Assembly (NCBI RefSeq): GCF_003334305.1
Contig: NZ_QOWS01000029.1
Source of the DNA: Escherichia coli
GTDB taxonomy: Bacteria; Pseudomonadota; Gammaproteobacteria; Enterobacterales; Enterobacteriaceae
DNA length: 43,616 nt
Strand: one strand, 5' to 3'
The position numbers were made by a program, and so were the translations under genes. Under the pieces are notes generated by a model. The model did not search any database. It was not told the origin of the DNA and was given only the letters and a program-made list of their open reading frames with translations. Of this stretch, positions 11,201-22,921 are shown one piece after another; within the stretch, counting starts at the first letter, position 1; each line of letters opens with the position of its first letter.

Positions 11201-12574
11201 TTACTCTAACCGCGCCTGCGCAAAAGCAATTGCCTGCGCCACCTGCTGCGGTGAGACGCCGCCTTTTGCCGCACGCTTGTCGAGGCACGATTGCAGCGAC
11301 AGAATCGGATAGACATCTTCGTCAATCACCGGGCTGAATTTCTGCAACTCGTCGAGCGGCAGATCTTCCAGCGGTTTGCCCTGACGAATGGCTTCCACCA
11401 CCGCTTCACCAACAATATGGTGCGCCTCGCGGAACGGTACGCCTTTCGCCACCAGATAATCCGCCAGTTCGGTGGCGTTGGCGTAACCCTGCTGAGCCGC
11501 TTCCTGGCAACGTGGACGTTTCACCTGAATGCCGTCCAGCACCAGCGCCGCCATATGCAGGCAGTCCAGCCAGGTATCGAGCGCGTCGAACAGACCTTCT
11601 TTGTCTTCCTGCATATCTTTGTTGTAAGCCAGCGGCAAACCTTTCAGCGTCATCATCATGCCGGTTAACGCCCCCTGCACCCGACCGCATTTACCGCGAA
11701 TCAGCTCCAGCGCATCCGGGTTTTTCTTCTGCGGCATTAATGATGAACCGGAAGTCACGCGGTCAGAAAGCTCCACAAACCCCGCTTCGCCGGTGTTAAA
11801 GAAAATCAGATCTTCAGCAAAACGCGACAGATGCACCATGCCGATAGCGGCAGCAGAAAGCAGTTCCAACACATGGTCACGGTCAGAAACGCTGTCGAGA
11901 CTGTTACGGGTCGCCGAAGCAAAGCCCAGCCAGCCTGCTAACTGTTCACGGTCGATTTCATAGGCCGTTCCCGCCAGCGCGCCACAGCCTAGCGGGCTGA
12001 CATCCAGACGCTTAAGCGCATCCTGCAAACGGCTTTCATCACGCGCCAGCATCTCAACATAGGCCAGGCACCAGTGCGCGAACGTCACCGGCTGGGCGCG
12101 TTGCAGGTGAGTGTAACCTGGCATTACCGCGTCCTGATTGTTTTGTGCGGTTTCCACCAGCGCCGATTGCAGCTGTCGGTTAGCCGTCAGTAACTCGCTA
12201 ACGGTATCTTTGCACCACAGTTTCAGGTCAGTCGCTACCTGATCGTTACGACTACGCCCGGTATGCAGCTTTTTGCCTAACTGGCCCACTTTGTCGATCA
12301 GTTTGCCTTCCACCCAGCTATGGATATCTTCGGCGTCGCTTTCAAGGATTTGTTGTGGCCTGGCGCGAACATCTTCCAGCAGCACGTTCAGCGCCTCTTC
12401 CAGTTGCGCCTGCTCTTCTGCGGTTAACACGCCTACCGTGACCAGGGCTTTGGACCAGGCCACAGAGCCAACAATATCCTGCTCCGCCAGACGGTAATCA
12501 AAGCGCAGTGAGTCGTTGAATTGTTTGAACCGTTGATCTGCTGCCTGGGTAAAACGCCCGCCCCAAAGTGCCAT
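11201..12574 (-). CDS. argH: Argininosuccinate lyase
   Basis: 457-aa [29 protein letters not shown]..., fumarate-lyase signature [12 protein letters not shown]. Confidence 0.95.
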
Positions 12575-12634
12575 AACTCTGTTTCCTTATTTTGAAATTC
12601 AATGCCGGAAAGCTGCGCCTCCGGCCAACAAAAC

Positions 12635-13411
12635 TTAAGCTAAAATCCGCGTACCCATCGGCATACCGTTAAACAGTGCCGGAAGCTGCTCCGCATGACG
12701 CCAGGAGGCGATATCTACCGGACGGCCCAGCGTGCGGGCCGCATCCAGCGCCGCGTTCACTTTCACTATCATGCCGTCAGTAATAATGCCCTGCTCAATC
12801 AGTTGTTCTGCTTTCGCGGCGGTCATTTCGGCAATGCGTTGCCCTTTGCCGTCGAGAATGCCGCTGACGTCGGAGAGCAAAATCAGATCCGCGCCCAGCG
12901 TTGCCGCCAGCGCCGTTGCCGCCTGGTCGGCATTGACGTTCATCAGTTGCCCTTCGTCTGTTACGCCAATGGAGCTGACCACCGGCAGATAACCGTTCTC
13001 CAGCAAGGAGTTGATAAGCTTAGGCGAACCTGGCTGCGCCAGTCCAACATGACCTAACTCTTCATCAAGCTGGGTCACTTTGACGCTGTCGCCGTCACCG
13101 AGAAACAAACCTACGGCCGCAATCTGATGTTTCTTCGCCCATGCCAACAGGGTTTTATTTGCCGTTCCCGCCAGTGCTCCGGTGATAATGTCTATCTGAT
13201 CAGCAGGCGTCACCCGCAGGCCGTTTTTCTTTTTCACCGGCAGATTCAGCCCTTTCATCAGCTCATCCACCACGCAACCGCCGCCGTGCACAATCACCAG
13301 CGGACGCTGATGTGACTCACGATAATTCACCAGTGCGCTAAACAGACGTTCCAGCGCCTCTTCACTATCCAGCAGTACGCCGCCCAGTTTGATAATTAAT
13401 GGATTCATCAT
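12635..13411 (-). CDS. argB: Acetylglutamate kinase; start trimmed to [11 protein letters not shown] (258 aa)
   Basis: Recognised ArgB sequence in ORF 12635..13444; spacing to argC and argH matches the K-12 operon as I recall it. Confidence 0.93.
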
Positions 13412-13418
13412 TGCACCC

Positions 13419-14423
13419 TTAAATAAGAGACTGCGTTTCCGCATAGCCGAAACGAATATTGGCGCACTGTACCGCTTGTGCCGCCGCGCCTTTCAGTAAG
13501 TTGTCTTCGGTCGCCACAATAATCAGATGCTCGCCCTGAACGGCAAACCCGATATCGCAAAATGGCAGCCCAACGACATTTTTCAGCGCCGGAACGCCTT
13601 TGTCATACAGCCGCACCAGCGGTTTATGGGCATACGCCTGCTGTAACACTTGCGCGACTTGCGCCTGGGTCACACCCGATTTCAGGCGGCAGGTAATGGT
13701 TTCGAGAATGCCGCGCGGGAAATTGCCCAGATGTGGGGTGAAGATAACGTCAGCACCGAGGTGTGTGGCGATCTCTGGTTGATGGCGATGAGTAAAGACG
13801 CCATACGGTTGCAGGCTAACTTCACAAAAGCTGTTTGAAATGGCCGCTTTACGCCCTGCACCGCTCACGCCGCTGGTGGCGTTGATCACCGGCCACTGAT
13901 TGAGGTCAAGAAGATCGGCATCAATCAACGGTTTCAGCGCCAGCTGTGCCGCCGTCGGATAACAGCCCGGCACCGCAATCAAATTCGCTTCTTTTAATTT
14001 ATTACCGCACCACTCCGCCAGACCGTAGGCTGCCTGTTCCAACAGTTCCGGGTATTGATGGGTAAAGCCGTAATATTTTTCATAGAAGGTGGCGTCGTTA
14101 ACACGAAACGCACCGGAAAGGTCGAACACCACGCAGCCCGCTTCAAGAAACTGCGGCGCTAAATCGTGGCTAACTTCATGGGCGGTGGCGAGAAACACTA
14201 CGTCCACCCCTGGGCTAAACTCGCTGATATCCGACATCGGCTGCAACGGCAGATCAACGATGCCTTTTAGCTGCGGATGCAAATCGGAGATTAACTTTCC
14301 CGCATCATTGCTTTGCGCTGAAACAGTCAAAGCGGTTATGTTCATATGCGGATGGCGATTTACATAGGTCACTAGCTCTGCGCCAGCGTAGCCGCTGGCA
14401 CCCACAATCAGCGTATTCAACAT
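13419..14423 (-). CDS. argC: N-acetyl-gamma-glutamyl-phosphate reductase
   Basis: 334-aa [21 protein letters not shown]..., with the active-site Cys region GCYPTA. Confidence 0.93.
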
Positions 14424-14576
14424 CGGGGCTATTCACCTTCTTATGTCTGGTTGCCAGGTTAAACGTAAAACATTCACCTTACGGCTGGTGGGTTTTATTA
14501 CGCTCAACGTTAGTGTATTTTTATTCATAAATACTGCATGAATATTGATACTATCATGACCAGAGGTGTGTCAACA
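14424..14576. promoter_or_regulatory. Divergent argE/argCBH control region with ARG boxes
   Basis: AT-rich near-palindromes attcataaatactgcatgaatatt at about 14523..14546 resemble ArgR operator half-sites (TnTGAAT...ATTCAnA); sits between divergent arg genes. Confidence 0.55.
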
Positions 14577-15728
14577 ATGAAAAACAAATTACCGCCATTT
14601 ATCGAGATTTACCGTGCTCTGATTGCCACACCTTCAATAAGCGCCACGGAAGAGGCACTCGATCAAAGCAATGCAGATTTAATCACTCTGCTGGCGGACT
14701 GGTTTAAAGATTTAGGCTTCAATGTGGAAGTGCAGCCTGTGCCAGGAACTCGCAACAAATTTAATATGCTGGCAAGTATCGGACAGGGGGCTGGCGGCTT
14801 GTTGCTGGCGGGGCATACCGATACGGTACCATTTGATGACGGTCGCTGGACGCGTGATCCGTTTACACTGACGGAGCATGACGGCAAGCTTTACGGCTTA
14901 GGCACCGCCGACATGAAAGGCTTTTTTGCGTTTATCCTTGATGCGCTACGCGATGTCGACGTCACGAAACTGAAAAAACCGCTCTACATTCTGGCGACTG
15001 CTGATGAAGAAACCAGTATGGCCGGAGCGCGTTATTTTGCCGAAACTACCGCCCTGCGCCCGGATTGCGCCATCATTGGCGAACCGACGTCACTACAACC
15101 GGTACGCGCACATAAAGGTCATATCTCTAACGCCATCCGTATTCAGGGCCAGTCGGGGCACTCCAGCGATCCAGCACGCGGAGTTAACGCTATCGAACTA
15201 ATGCACGACGCCATCGGGCATATTTTGCAATTGCGCGATAACCTGAAAGAACGTTATCACTACGAAGCGTTTACCGTGCCATACCCTACGCTCAACCTCG
15301 GGCATATTCACGGTGGCGACGCTTCTAACCGTATTTGCGCTTGCTGTGAGTTGCATATGGATATTCGTCCGCTGCCTGGCATGACACTCAATGAACTTAA
15401 TGGTTTGCTCAACGATGCATTGGCTCCGGTGAGCGAACGCTGGCCGGGTCGTCTGACGGTCGACGAGCTGCATCCGCCGATCCCTGGCTATGAATGCCCA
15501 CCGAATCATCAACTGGTTGAAGTAGTTGAGAAATTGCTCGGAGCAAAGACCGAAGTGGTGAACTACTGTACCGAAGCGCCGTTTATTCAAACGTTATGCC
15601 CGACGCTGGTGTTGGGGCCTGGCTCAATTAATCAGGCTCATCAACCTGATGAATATCTGGAAACACGGTTTATCAAGCCCACCCGCGAACTGATAACCCA
15701 GGTAATTCACCATTTTTGCTGGCATTAA
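14577..15728 (+). CDS. argE: Acetylornithine deacetylase; start trimmed to MKNKLPPF (383 aa)
   Basis: M20-peptidase metal-binding motifs (GHTDTV, ...DMKG...) in ORF 14538..15728; recognised as ArgE. Confidence 0.93.
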
Positions 15729-15731
15729 AAC

Positions 15732-15831
15732 GTAGGCCGGATAAGGCGCTCGCGCCGCATCCGGCACTGTTGTCAAACTCCAGTGCCGCAATAATGTCGG
15801 ATGCGATACTTGCGCATCTTATCCGACCTAC
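15732..15831. repeat. Pair of REP elements
   Basis: gtaggccggataaggcgctcgcgccgcatccggc and gtcggatgcgatacttgcgcatcttatccgacctac, in inverted orientation. Confidence 0.6.
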
Positions 15832-16079
15832 ACCTTTGGTGTTACTTGGGGCGATTTTTTAACATTTCCATAAGTTACGCTTATTTAAAGCGTCGTGAAT
15901 TTAATGACGTAAATTCCTGCTATTTATTCGTTTGCTGAAGCGATTTCGCAGCATTTGACGTCACCGCTTTTACGTGGCTTTATAAAAGACGACGAAAAGC
16001 AAAGCCCGAGCATATTCGCGCCAATGCGACGTGAAGGATACAGGGCTATCAAACGATAAGATGGGGTGTCTGGGGTAAT

Positions 16080-18731
16080 ATGAACGAACAATATTCCGCA
16101 TTGCGTAGTAATGTCAGTATGCTCGGCAAAGTGCTGGGAGAAACCATCAAGGATGCGTTGGGAGAACACATTCTTGAACGCGTAGAAACTATCCGTAAGT
16201 TGTCCAAATCTTCACGCGCTGGCAATGATGCTAACCGCCAGGAGTTACTCACCACCTTACAAAATTTGTCGAACGACGAGCTGCTGCCCGTTGCGCGTGC
16301 GTTTAGTCAGTTCCTGAACCTGGCCAACACCGCCGAGCAATACCACAGCATTTCGCCGAAAGGCGAAGCTGCCAGCAACCCGGAAGTGATCGCCCGCACC
16401 CTGCGTAAACTGAAAAACCAGCCGGAACTGAGCGAAGACACCATCAAAAAAGCAGTGGAATCGCTGTCGCTGGAACTGGTCCTCACGGCTCACCCTACCG
16501 AAATTACCCGTCGTACACTGATCCACAAAATGGTGGAAGTGAACGCCTGCTTAAAACAGCTCGATAACAAAGATATCGCTGACTACGAACACAACCAGCT
16601 GATGCGTCGCCTGCGCCAGTTAATCGCCCAGTCATGGCATACCGATGAAATCCGTAAGCTGCGTCCAAGCCCGGTAGATGAAGCCAAATGGGGCTTTGCC
16701 GTAGTGGAAAACAGCCTGTGGCAAGGCGTACCAAATTACCTGCGCGAACTGAACGAACAACTGGAAGAGAACCTCGGCTACAAACTGCCCGTCGAATTTG
16801 TTCCGGTCCGTTTTACTTCGTGGATGGGCGGCGACCGCGACGGCAACCCGAACGTCACTGCCGATATCACCCGCCACGTCCTGCTACTCAGCCGCTGGAA
16901 AGCCACCGATTTGTTCCTGAAAGATATTCAGGTGCTGGTTTCTGAACTGTCGATGGTTGAAGCGACCCCTGAACTGCTGGCGCTGGTTGGCGAAGAAGGT
17001 GCCGCAGAACCGTATCGCTATCTGATGAAAAACCTGCGTTCTCGCCTGATGGCGACACAGGCATGGCTGGAAGCGCGCCTGAAAGGCGAAGAACTGCCAA
17101 AACCAGAAGGCCTGCTGACACAAAACGAAGAACTGTGGGAACCGCTCTACGCTTGCTACCAGTCACTTCAGGCGTGTGGCATGGGTATTATCGCCAACGG
17201 CGATCTGCTCGACACCCTGCGCCGCGTGAAATGTTTCGGCGTACCGCTGGTCCGTATTGATATCCGTCAGGAGAGCACGCGTCATACCGAAGCGCTGGGC
17301 GAGCTGACCCGCTACCTCGGTATCGGCGACTACGAAAGCTGGTCAGAGGCCGACAAACAGGCGTTCCTGATCCGCGAACTGAACTCCAAACGTCCGCTTC
17401 TGCCGCGCAACTGGCAACCAAGCGCCGAAACGCGCGAAGTGCTCGATACCTGCCAGGTGATTGCCGAAGCACCGCAAGGCTCCATTGCCGCCTACGTGAT
17501 CTCGATGGCGAAAACGCCGTCCGACGTACTGGCTGTCCACCTGCTGCTGAAAGAAGCGGGTATCGGGTTTGCGATGCCGGTTGCTCCGCTGTTTGAAACC
17601 CTCGATGATCTGAACAACGCCAACGATGTCATGACCCAGCTGCTCAATATTGACTGGTATCGTGGCCTGATTCAGGGCAAACAGATGGTGATGATTGGCT
17701 ATTCCGACTCAGCAAAAGATGCGGGAGTGATGGCAGCTTCCTGGGCGCAATATCAGGCACAGGATGCATTAATCAAAACCTGCGAAAAAGCGGGTATTGA
17801 GCTGACGTTGTTCCACGGTCGCGGCGGTTCCATTGGTCGCGGCGGCGCACCTGCTCATGCGGCGCTGCTGTCACAACCGCCAGGAAGCCTGAAAGGTGGC
17901 CTGCGCGTGACTGAACAGGGCGAGATGATCCGCTTTAAATATGGTCTGCCAGAAATCACCGTCAGCAGCCTGTCGCTGTACACCGGGGCTATTCTGGAAG
18001 CCAACCTGCTGCCACCACCTGAGCCGAAAGAGAGCTGGCGTCGCATTATGGATGAACTGTCAGTCATCTCCTGCGATCTCTACCGTGGCTACGTACGTGA
18101 AAACAAAGATTTTGTGCCTTACTTCCGCTCCGCTACGCCGGAACAAGAATTGGGCAAACTGCCGTTGGGTTCACGTCCGGCGAAACGTCGCCCAACCGGC
18201 GGCGTCGAGTCGCTGCGCGCCATACCGTGGATTTTTGCCTGGACGCAAAACCGCCTGATGCTCCCCGCCTGGCTGGGTGCAGGTACGGCGCTGCAAAAAG
18301 TGGTCGAAGATGGCAAACAGAGCGAGCTGGAAGCCATGTGCCGCGATTGGCCATTCTTCTCGACGCGTCTCGGCATGCTGGAGATGGTCTTCGCCAAAGC
18401 AGACCTGTGGCTGGCGGAATACTATGATCAACGTCTGGTAGACAAAGCACTGTGGCCGTTAGGTAAAGAGTTACGCAACCTGCAAGAAGAAGACATCAAA
18501 GTGGTGCTGGCGATTGCCAACGATTCCCATCTGATGGCCGATCTGCCGTGGATTGCAGAGTCTATTCAGCTACGGAATATTTACACCGACCCGCTGAACG
18601 TATTGCAGGCCGAGTTGCTGCACCGCTCCCGCCAGGCAGAAAAAGAAGGCCAGGAACCGGATCCTCGCGTCGAACAAGCGTTAATGGTCACTATTGCCGG
18701 GATTGCGGCAGGTATGCGTAATACCGGCTAA
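16080..18731 (+). CDS. ppc: Phosphoenolpyruvate carboxylase
   Basis: 883-aa ORF with conserved PEPC motifs ([30 protein letters not shown]) and C-terminal ...NTG. Confidence 0.95.
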
Positions 18732-18748
18732 TCTTCCTCTTCTGCAAA

Positions 18749-18775
18749 CCCTCGTGCTTTTGCGCGAGGGTTTTC
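18749..18775 (+). terminator. Rho-independent terminator downstream of ppc
   Basis: ccctcgtgcttttgcgcgaggg followed by tttt, directly after the ppc stop. Confidence 0.6.
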
Positions 18776-18913
18776 TGAAATACTTCTGTTCTAACACCCT
18801 CGTTTTCAATATATTTCTGTCTGCATTTTATTCAAATTCTGAATATACCTTCAGATATCCTTAAGGAATTGTCGTTACATTCGGCGATATTTTTTTCAAG
18901 ACAGGTTCTTACT

Positions 18914-20647
18914 ATGCATTCCACAGAAGTCCAGGCTAAACCCCTTTTTAGCTGGAAAGCCCTGGGTTGGGCACTGCTCTACTTTTGGTTTTTCTCTACT
19001 CTGCTACAGGCCATTATTTACATCAGTGGTTATAGTGGCACCAACGGCATTCGCGACTCGCTGTTATTCAGCTCGCTGTGGTTGATCCCGGTATTCCTCT
19101 TTCCGAAGCGGATTAAAATTATTGCCGCAGTAATCGGCGTGGTGCTATGGGCGGCCTCTCTGGCGGCGCTATGCTACTACGTCATCTACGGGCAGGAGTT
19201 CTCGCAGAGCGTTCTGTTTGTGATGTTCGAAACCAACACCAACGAAGCCAGCGAGTATTTAAGCCAGTATTTCAGCCTGAAAATTGTGCTTATCGCGCTG
19301 GCCTATACGGCAATGGCAGTTCTGCTGTGGACACGTCTGCGCCCGGTCTATATTCCAAAGCCGTGGCGTTATATTGTCTCTTTTGCCCTGCTTTATGGCT
19401 TGATTCTGCATCCGATCGCCATGAATACGTTTATCAAAAACAAGCCGTTTGAGAAAACGTTGGATAACCTGGCCTCGCGTATGGAGCCTGCCGCACCGTG
19501 GCAATTCCTGACCGGCTATTATCAGTATCGTCAGCAACTAAACTCGCTAACAAAGCTACTGAATGAAAATAATGCCTTGCCGCCGCTGGCTAATTTCAAA
19601 GATGAATCGGGTAACGAACCGCGCACTTTAGTGCTGGTGATTGGCGAGTCGACCCAGCGCGGACGCATGAGTCTGTACGGTTATCCGCGTGAAACCACGC
19701 CGGAGCTGGATGCGCTGCATAAAACCGATCCGAATCTGACCGTGTTTAATAACGTAGTTACGTCTCGTCCGTACACCATTGAAATCCTGCAACAGGCGCT
19801 GACCTTTGCCAATGAAAAGAACCCGGATCTGTATCTGACGCAGCCGTCGCTGATGAACATGATGAAACAGGCGGGTTATAAAACCTTCTGGATCACCAAC
19901 CAGCAGACGATGACCGCCCGCAATACCATGCTGACGGTATTTTCGCGCCAGACCGACAAGCAGTACTACATGAACCAGCAACGTACGCAGAGTGCGCGTG
20001 AATACGACACCAACGTGCTGAAGCCGTTCCAGGATGTGCTGAATGACCCTGCGCCGAAGAAACTGATCATCGTTCATCTGCTGGGTACGCATATCAAATA
20101 CAAATACCGCTACCCGGAAAATCAGGGCAAGTTTGATGGCAATACCGATCATGTTCCGCCAGGATTAAGCGCAGAAGAGCTGGAATCATATAACGATTAT
20201 GACAACGCTAACCTGTATAACGATCATGTGGTTGCCAGCCTGATTAAAGACTTTAAAGCGGCAGACCCGAACGGATTCCTGGTTTACTTCTCTGACCACG
20301 GTGAAGAGGTTTACGACACGCCGCCGCACAAAACTCAGGGGCGTAACGAAGACAACCCGACGCGCCACATGTACACCATTCCGTTCCTGCTGTGGACGTC
20401 GGAAAAATGGCAAGCGACTCATCCCCGTGATTTCTCACAGGATGTCGATCGTAAATACAGCCTGGCGGAACTGATCCACACCTGGTCAGATTTGGCGGGC
20501 TTATCTTACGACGGTTACGATCCAACCCGTTCAGTGGTGAATCCGCAGTTCAAAGAAACTACCCGCTGGATTGGTAACCCGTACAAGAAAAACGCGCTGA
20601 TCGATTACGACACTCTGCCGTATGGCGACCAGGTAGGTAATCAGTAA
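18914..20647 (+). CDS. eptC: Phosphoethanolamine transferase (LPS core modification); start trimmed to MHSTEVQ
   Basis: N-terminal multi-span membrane region followed by a sulfatase-like domain (GESTQRGRMSLYGY); recognised as EptC/YijP. Confidence 0.85.
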   Translation: MHSTEVQAKPLFSWKALGWALLYFWFFSTLLQAIIYISGYSGTNGIRDSLLFSSLWLIPVFLFPKRIKIIAAVIGVVLWAASLAALCYYVIYGQEFSQSVLFVMFETNTNEASEYLSQYFSLKIVLIALAYTAMAVLLWTRLRPVYIPKPWRYIVSFALLYGLILHPIAMNTFIKNKPFEKTLDNLASRMEPAAPWQFLTGYYQYRQQLNSLTKLLNENNALPPLANFKDESGNEPRTLVLVIGESTQRGRMSLYGYPRETTPELDALHKTDPNLTVFNNVVTSRPYTIEILQQALTFANEKNPDLYLTQPSLMNMMKQAGYKTFWITNQQTMTARNTMLTVFSRQTDKQYYMNQQRTQSAREYDTNVLKPFQDVLNDPAPKKLIIVHLLGTHIKYKYRYPENQGKFDGNTDHVPPGLSAEELESYNDYDNANLYNDHVVASLIKDFKAADPNGFLVYFSDHGEEVYDTPPHKTQGRNEDNPTRHMYTIPFLLWTSEKWQATHPRDFSQDVDRKYSLAELIHTWSDLAGLSYDGYDPTRSVVNPQFKETTRWIGNPYKKNALIDYDTLPYGDQVGNQ

Positions 20648-20667
20648 TTATCAGCCAGGCGCTATTT

Positions 20668-20750
20668 GCCGGATGCGACGCTTGACGCGTCTTATCCGGC
20701 CTACAGATCGCGGCGGTAGACTGAATAAGGCGTTTACGCCACATCCGGCA
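20668..20750. repeat. Pair of REP elements
   Basis: gccggatgcgacgcttgacgcgtcttatccggcctac and gtagactgaataaggcgtttacgccacatccggc. Confidence 0.6.
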
Positions 20751-20861
20751 ATACAACTGCCGCAATGTTTACATCGAACTCCCCTCAGGCCACACTTTTC
20801 AGGTGGCCTTTTTTAATAATGCCAGTTACTGTTTTCCCGTCTACATACCTAAGGGAATAAC

Positions 20862-21713
20862 ATGTATCACGACGTCAGCTATCTGCTCTCCCGCCTGATC
20901 AACGGCCCGCTGTCCCTGCGCCAGATTTACTTTGCCAGCAGTAACGGTCCGGCGCCCGATCTTGCGTATCAGGTCGATTTTCCACGGCTGGAAATAGTGC
21001 TGGAAGGTGAGTTTGTTGATACCGGCGCTGGAGCAACGTTAGTTCCCGGCGATGTGCTGTACGTTCCCGCTGGTGGCTGGAATTTTCCACAATGGCAAGC
21101 CCCCGCTACTACCTTTAGCGTGCTGTTTGGCAAACAGCAACTCGGCTTCAGCGTCGTGCAATGGGATGGCAAACAATATCAAAATCTGGCGAAGCAACAC
21201 GTCGCCCGGCGCGGCCCACGCATAGGTTCTTTTCTGCTACAAACGCTCAATGAAATGCAAATGCAGCCGCAGGAGCAGCAAACGGCAAGGCTTATCGTCG
21301 CCAGCCTGCTTAGCCACTGCCGCGATTTGCTCGGCAGCCAAATCCAGACCGCCTCACGCAGCCAGGCACTATTTGAAGCTATTCGCGATTATATCGACGA
21401 ACGCTATGCCTCCGCGCTTACCCGCGAATCTGTCGCACAGGCATTCTATATTTCACCAAACTATCTCTCGCACCTGTTTCAAAAAACGGGGGCCATTGGT
21501 TTTAACGAATACCTGAATCACACGCGACTGGAGCACGCTAAGACGTTATTGAAAGGCTATGACCTGAAGGTAAAAGAAGTGGCGCACGCCTGCGGCTTTG
21601 TCGACAGCAACTACTTCTGCCGTCTGTTTCGTAAAAACACCGAACGCTCGCCGTCGGAATATCGCCGGCAGTACCACAGCCAACTGACAGAAAAACCGAC
21701 TACTCCAGAATAA
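20862..21713 (+). CDS. yijO: AraC/XylS-family transcriptional regulator
   Basis: 283-aa ORF with C-terminal AraC-type HTH (…YLSHLFQKTGAIGFNEYLNHTRLEHAKTLL…VAHACGFVDSNYFCRLFRK). Confidence 0.8.
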   Translation: MYHDVSYLLSRLINGPLSLRQIYFASSNGPAPDLAYQVDFPRLEIVLEGEFVDTGAGATLVPGDVLYVPAGGWNFPQWQAPATTFSVLFGKQQLGFSVVQWDGKQYQNLAKQHVARRGPRIGSFLLQTLNEMQMQPQEQQTARLIVASLLSHCRDLLGSQIQTASRSQALFEAIRDYIDERYASALTRESVAQAFYISPNYLSHLFQKTGAIGFNEYLNHTRLEHAKTLLKGYDLKVKEVAHACGFVDSNYFCRLFRKNTERSPSEYRRQYHSQLTEKPTTPE

Positions 21714-22041
21714 GATGGGTTTGCTGCGGCGCAGAAAGCACTTTGCGCACCGCGCTCATTACCCGCTGCGGCTCACGCAGGAATGCGTAGATGCTGCATT
21801 GCACATAGCGGCAATGTTCAAATCGCTCGGCACCGGCAAGCTCGATATCCGTAATCAACAGAGCAACATCCGCCCGACGGATATCCTCGTCCGCTAAACG
21901 ATTCTCCGTTCCCAGCGCGCCCTGAGTTTCAATGCTGACGCCCCACTTCTCTAACTGGCACAACTTTTCCAGCCGTTCCGCCGCCATATAAGTATGCGCC
22001 ACGCCGCTTACGCAGGCGGTTACTGCCACCAGGTATGCCAT
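21700..22041 (-). CDS. frwD: PTS fructose-like IIB component
   Basis: 113-aa ORF MAYLVAVTACVSGVAHTYMAAERLE..., the IIB-Fru phospho-Cys motif (TAC..GVAHTYMAAE). Confidence 0.8.
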   Translation of the reverse strand: MAYLVAVTACVSGVAHTYMAAERLEKLCQLEKWGVSIETQGALGTENRLADEDIRRADVALLITDIELAGAERFEHCRYVQCSIYAFLREPQRVMSAVRKVLSAPQQTHLILE

Positions 22042-22042
22042 T

Positions 22043-22921
22043 TTAACCTCCCACGGTAACCTGAAATCCGGCCCGTTCTGCCATTTCGCGCATCGTTGTC
22101 ACATCGGCTGACGACGGCGCAGGCACCTCTTTCATCGACCATGTTTTCCCCAGCAGGCGGTATTTCGGTTCGCCGTACTGATGAAACGGTAACAGATGGA
22201 TCTGCCTGATTTTCAGCGGGATCAGTACATCCAGCGCCTGCTGCATATTCTCCCGGCTGAGCGTGAAACCAGGGATCAACGGTAAACGCGGGATCACGTT
22301 GACACCCTCACTCACCAGCAAACGCAGATTCTCCAGCACGCGTGGCAGGTTCATCTTCACCACATCCCGCGCCTGAGTCGCGTCCATAATTTTTAAATCG
22401 AACAGCACTTCATCGCACAATTTCGCCAGTGGTAATAGCTTGCTGGCTGGCGCGTCTCCGGCAGTTTCAATGGCGCATGACACGCCCCACAACCGCAGCC
22501 GCTGTAAAAAACGGGTAGCAAACTCCGCCTGCATTAACACTTCGCCGCCAGAAAGCGTGACGCCGCCGCCGGACGTGCGAAAGAAAATGTCATCTTTCAT
22601 CACTTCCCGTTCCAGCGCGTCAAGGCTGATATCGCGACCAATCCGTTCAAACGCACCGGAGGGGCATTCATCCGCATCACGCAAACATTTCGCACAGTGC
22701 AGACATTTCGCCTCTCTGCGTACTGTCTGGATTTTGCCGGAGATCGACTCCGGATTAGCACACCACGGGCAAAGATGCGGACAGCCTTTAAAAAAGACCA
22801 CCGTACGAATGCCCTCGCCGTCATTCAGTGAATAACGCTGAATGTTGAAAATGCGCGCCACATCATCGCGGCGCGTTTCCACAACGTTACAGCTGATGCG
22901 CTGTCCGGCGGATGATGTCAT
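22043..22921 (-). CDS. pflC: Glycyl-radical enzyme activating protein (radical SAM); start trimmed to MTSSAGQR
   Basis: CxxxCxxC-type radical-SAM cluster (CPHLCPWCANPE) plus additional Cys cluster; recognised as PflC. Confidence 0.85.
   Translation of the reverse strand: MTSSAGQRISCNVVETRRDDVARIFNIQRYSLNDGEGIRTVVFFKGCPHLCPWCANPESISGKIQTVRREAKCLHCAKCLRDADECPSGAFERIGRDISLDALEREVMKDDIFFRTSGGGVTLSGGEVLMQAEFATRFLQRLRLWGVSCAIETAGDAPASKLLPLAKLCDEVLFDLKIMDATQARDVVKMNLPRVLENLRLLVSEGVNVIPRLPLIPGFTLSRENMQQALDVLIPLKIRQIHLLPFHQYGEPKYRLLGKTWSMKEVPAPSSADVTTMREMAERAGFQVTVGG

Noticed and set aside
19628-20152. 174-aa minus-strand ORF inside eptC
   Set aside because: Antisense to eptC; His/Arg/Gln-rich composition is typical of a reverse-strand artefact.
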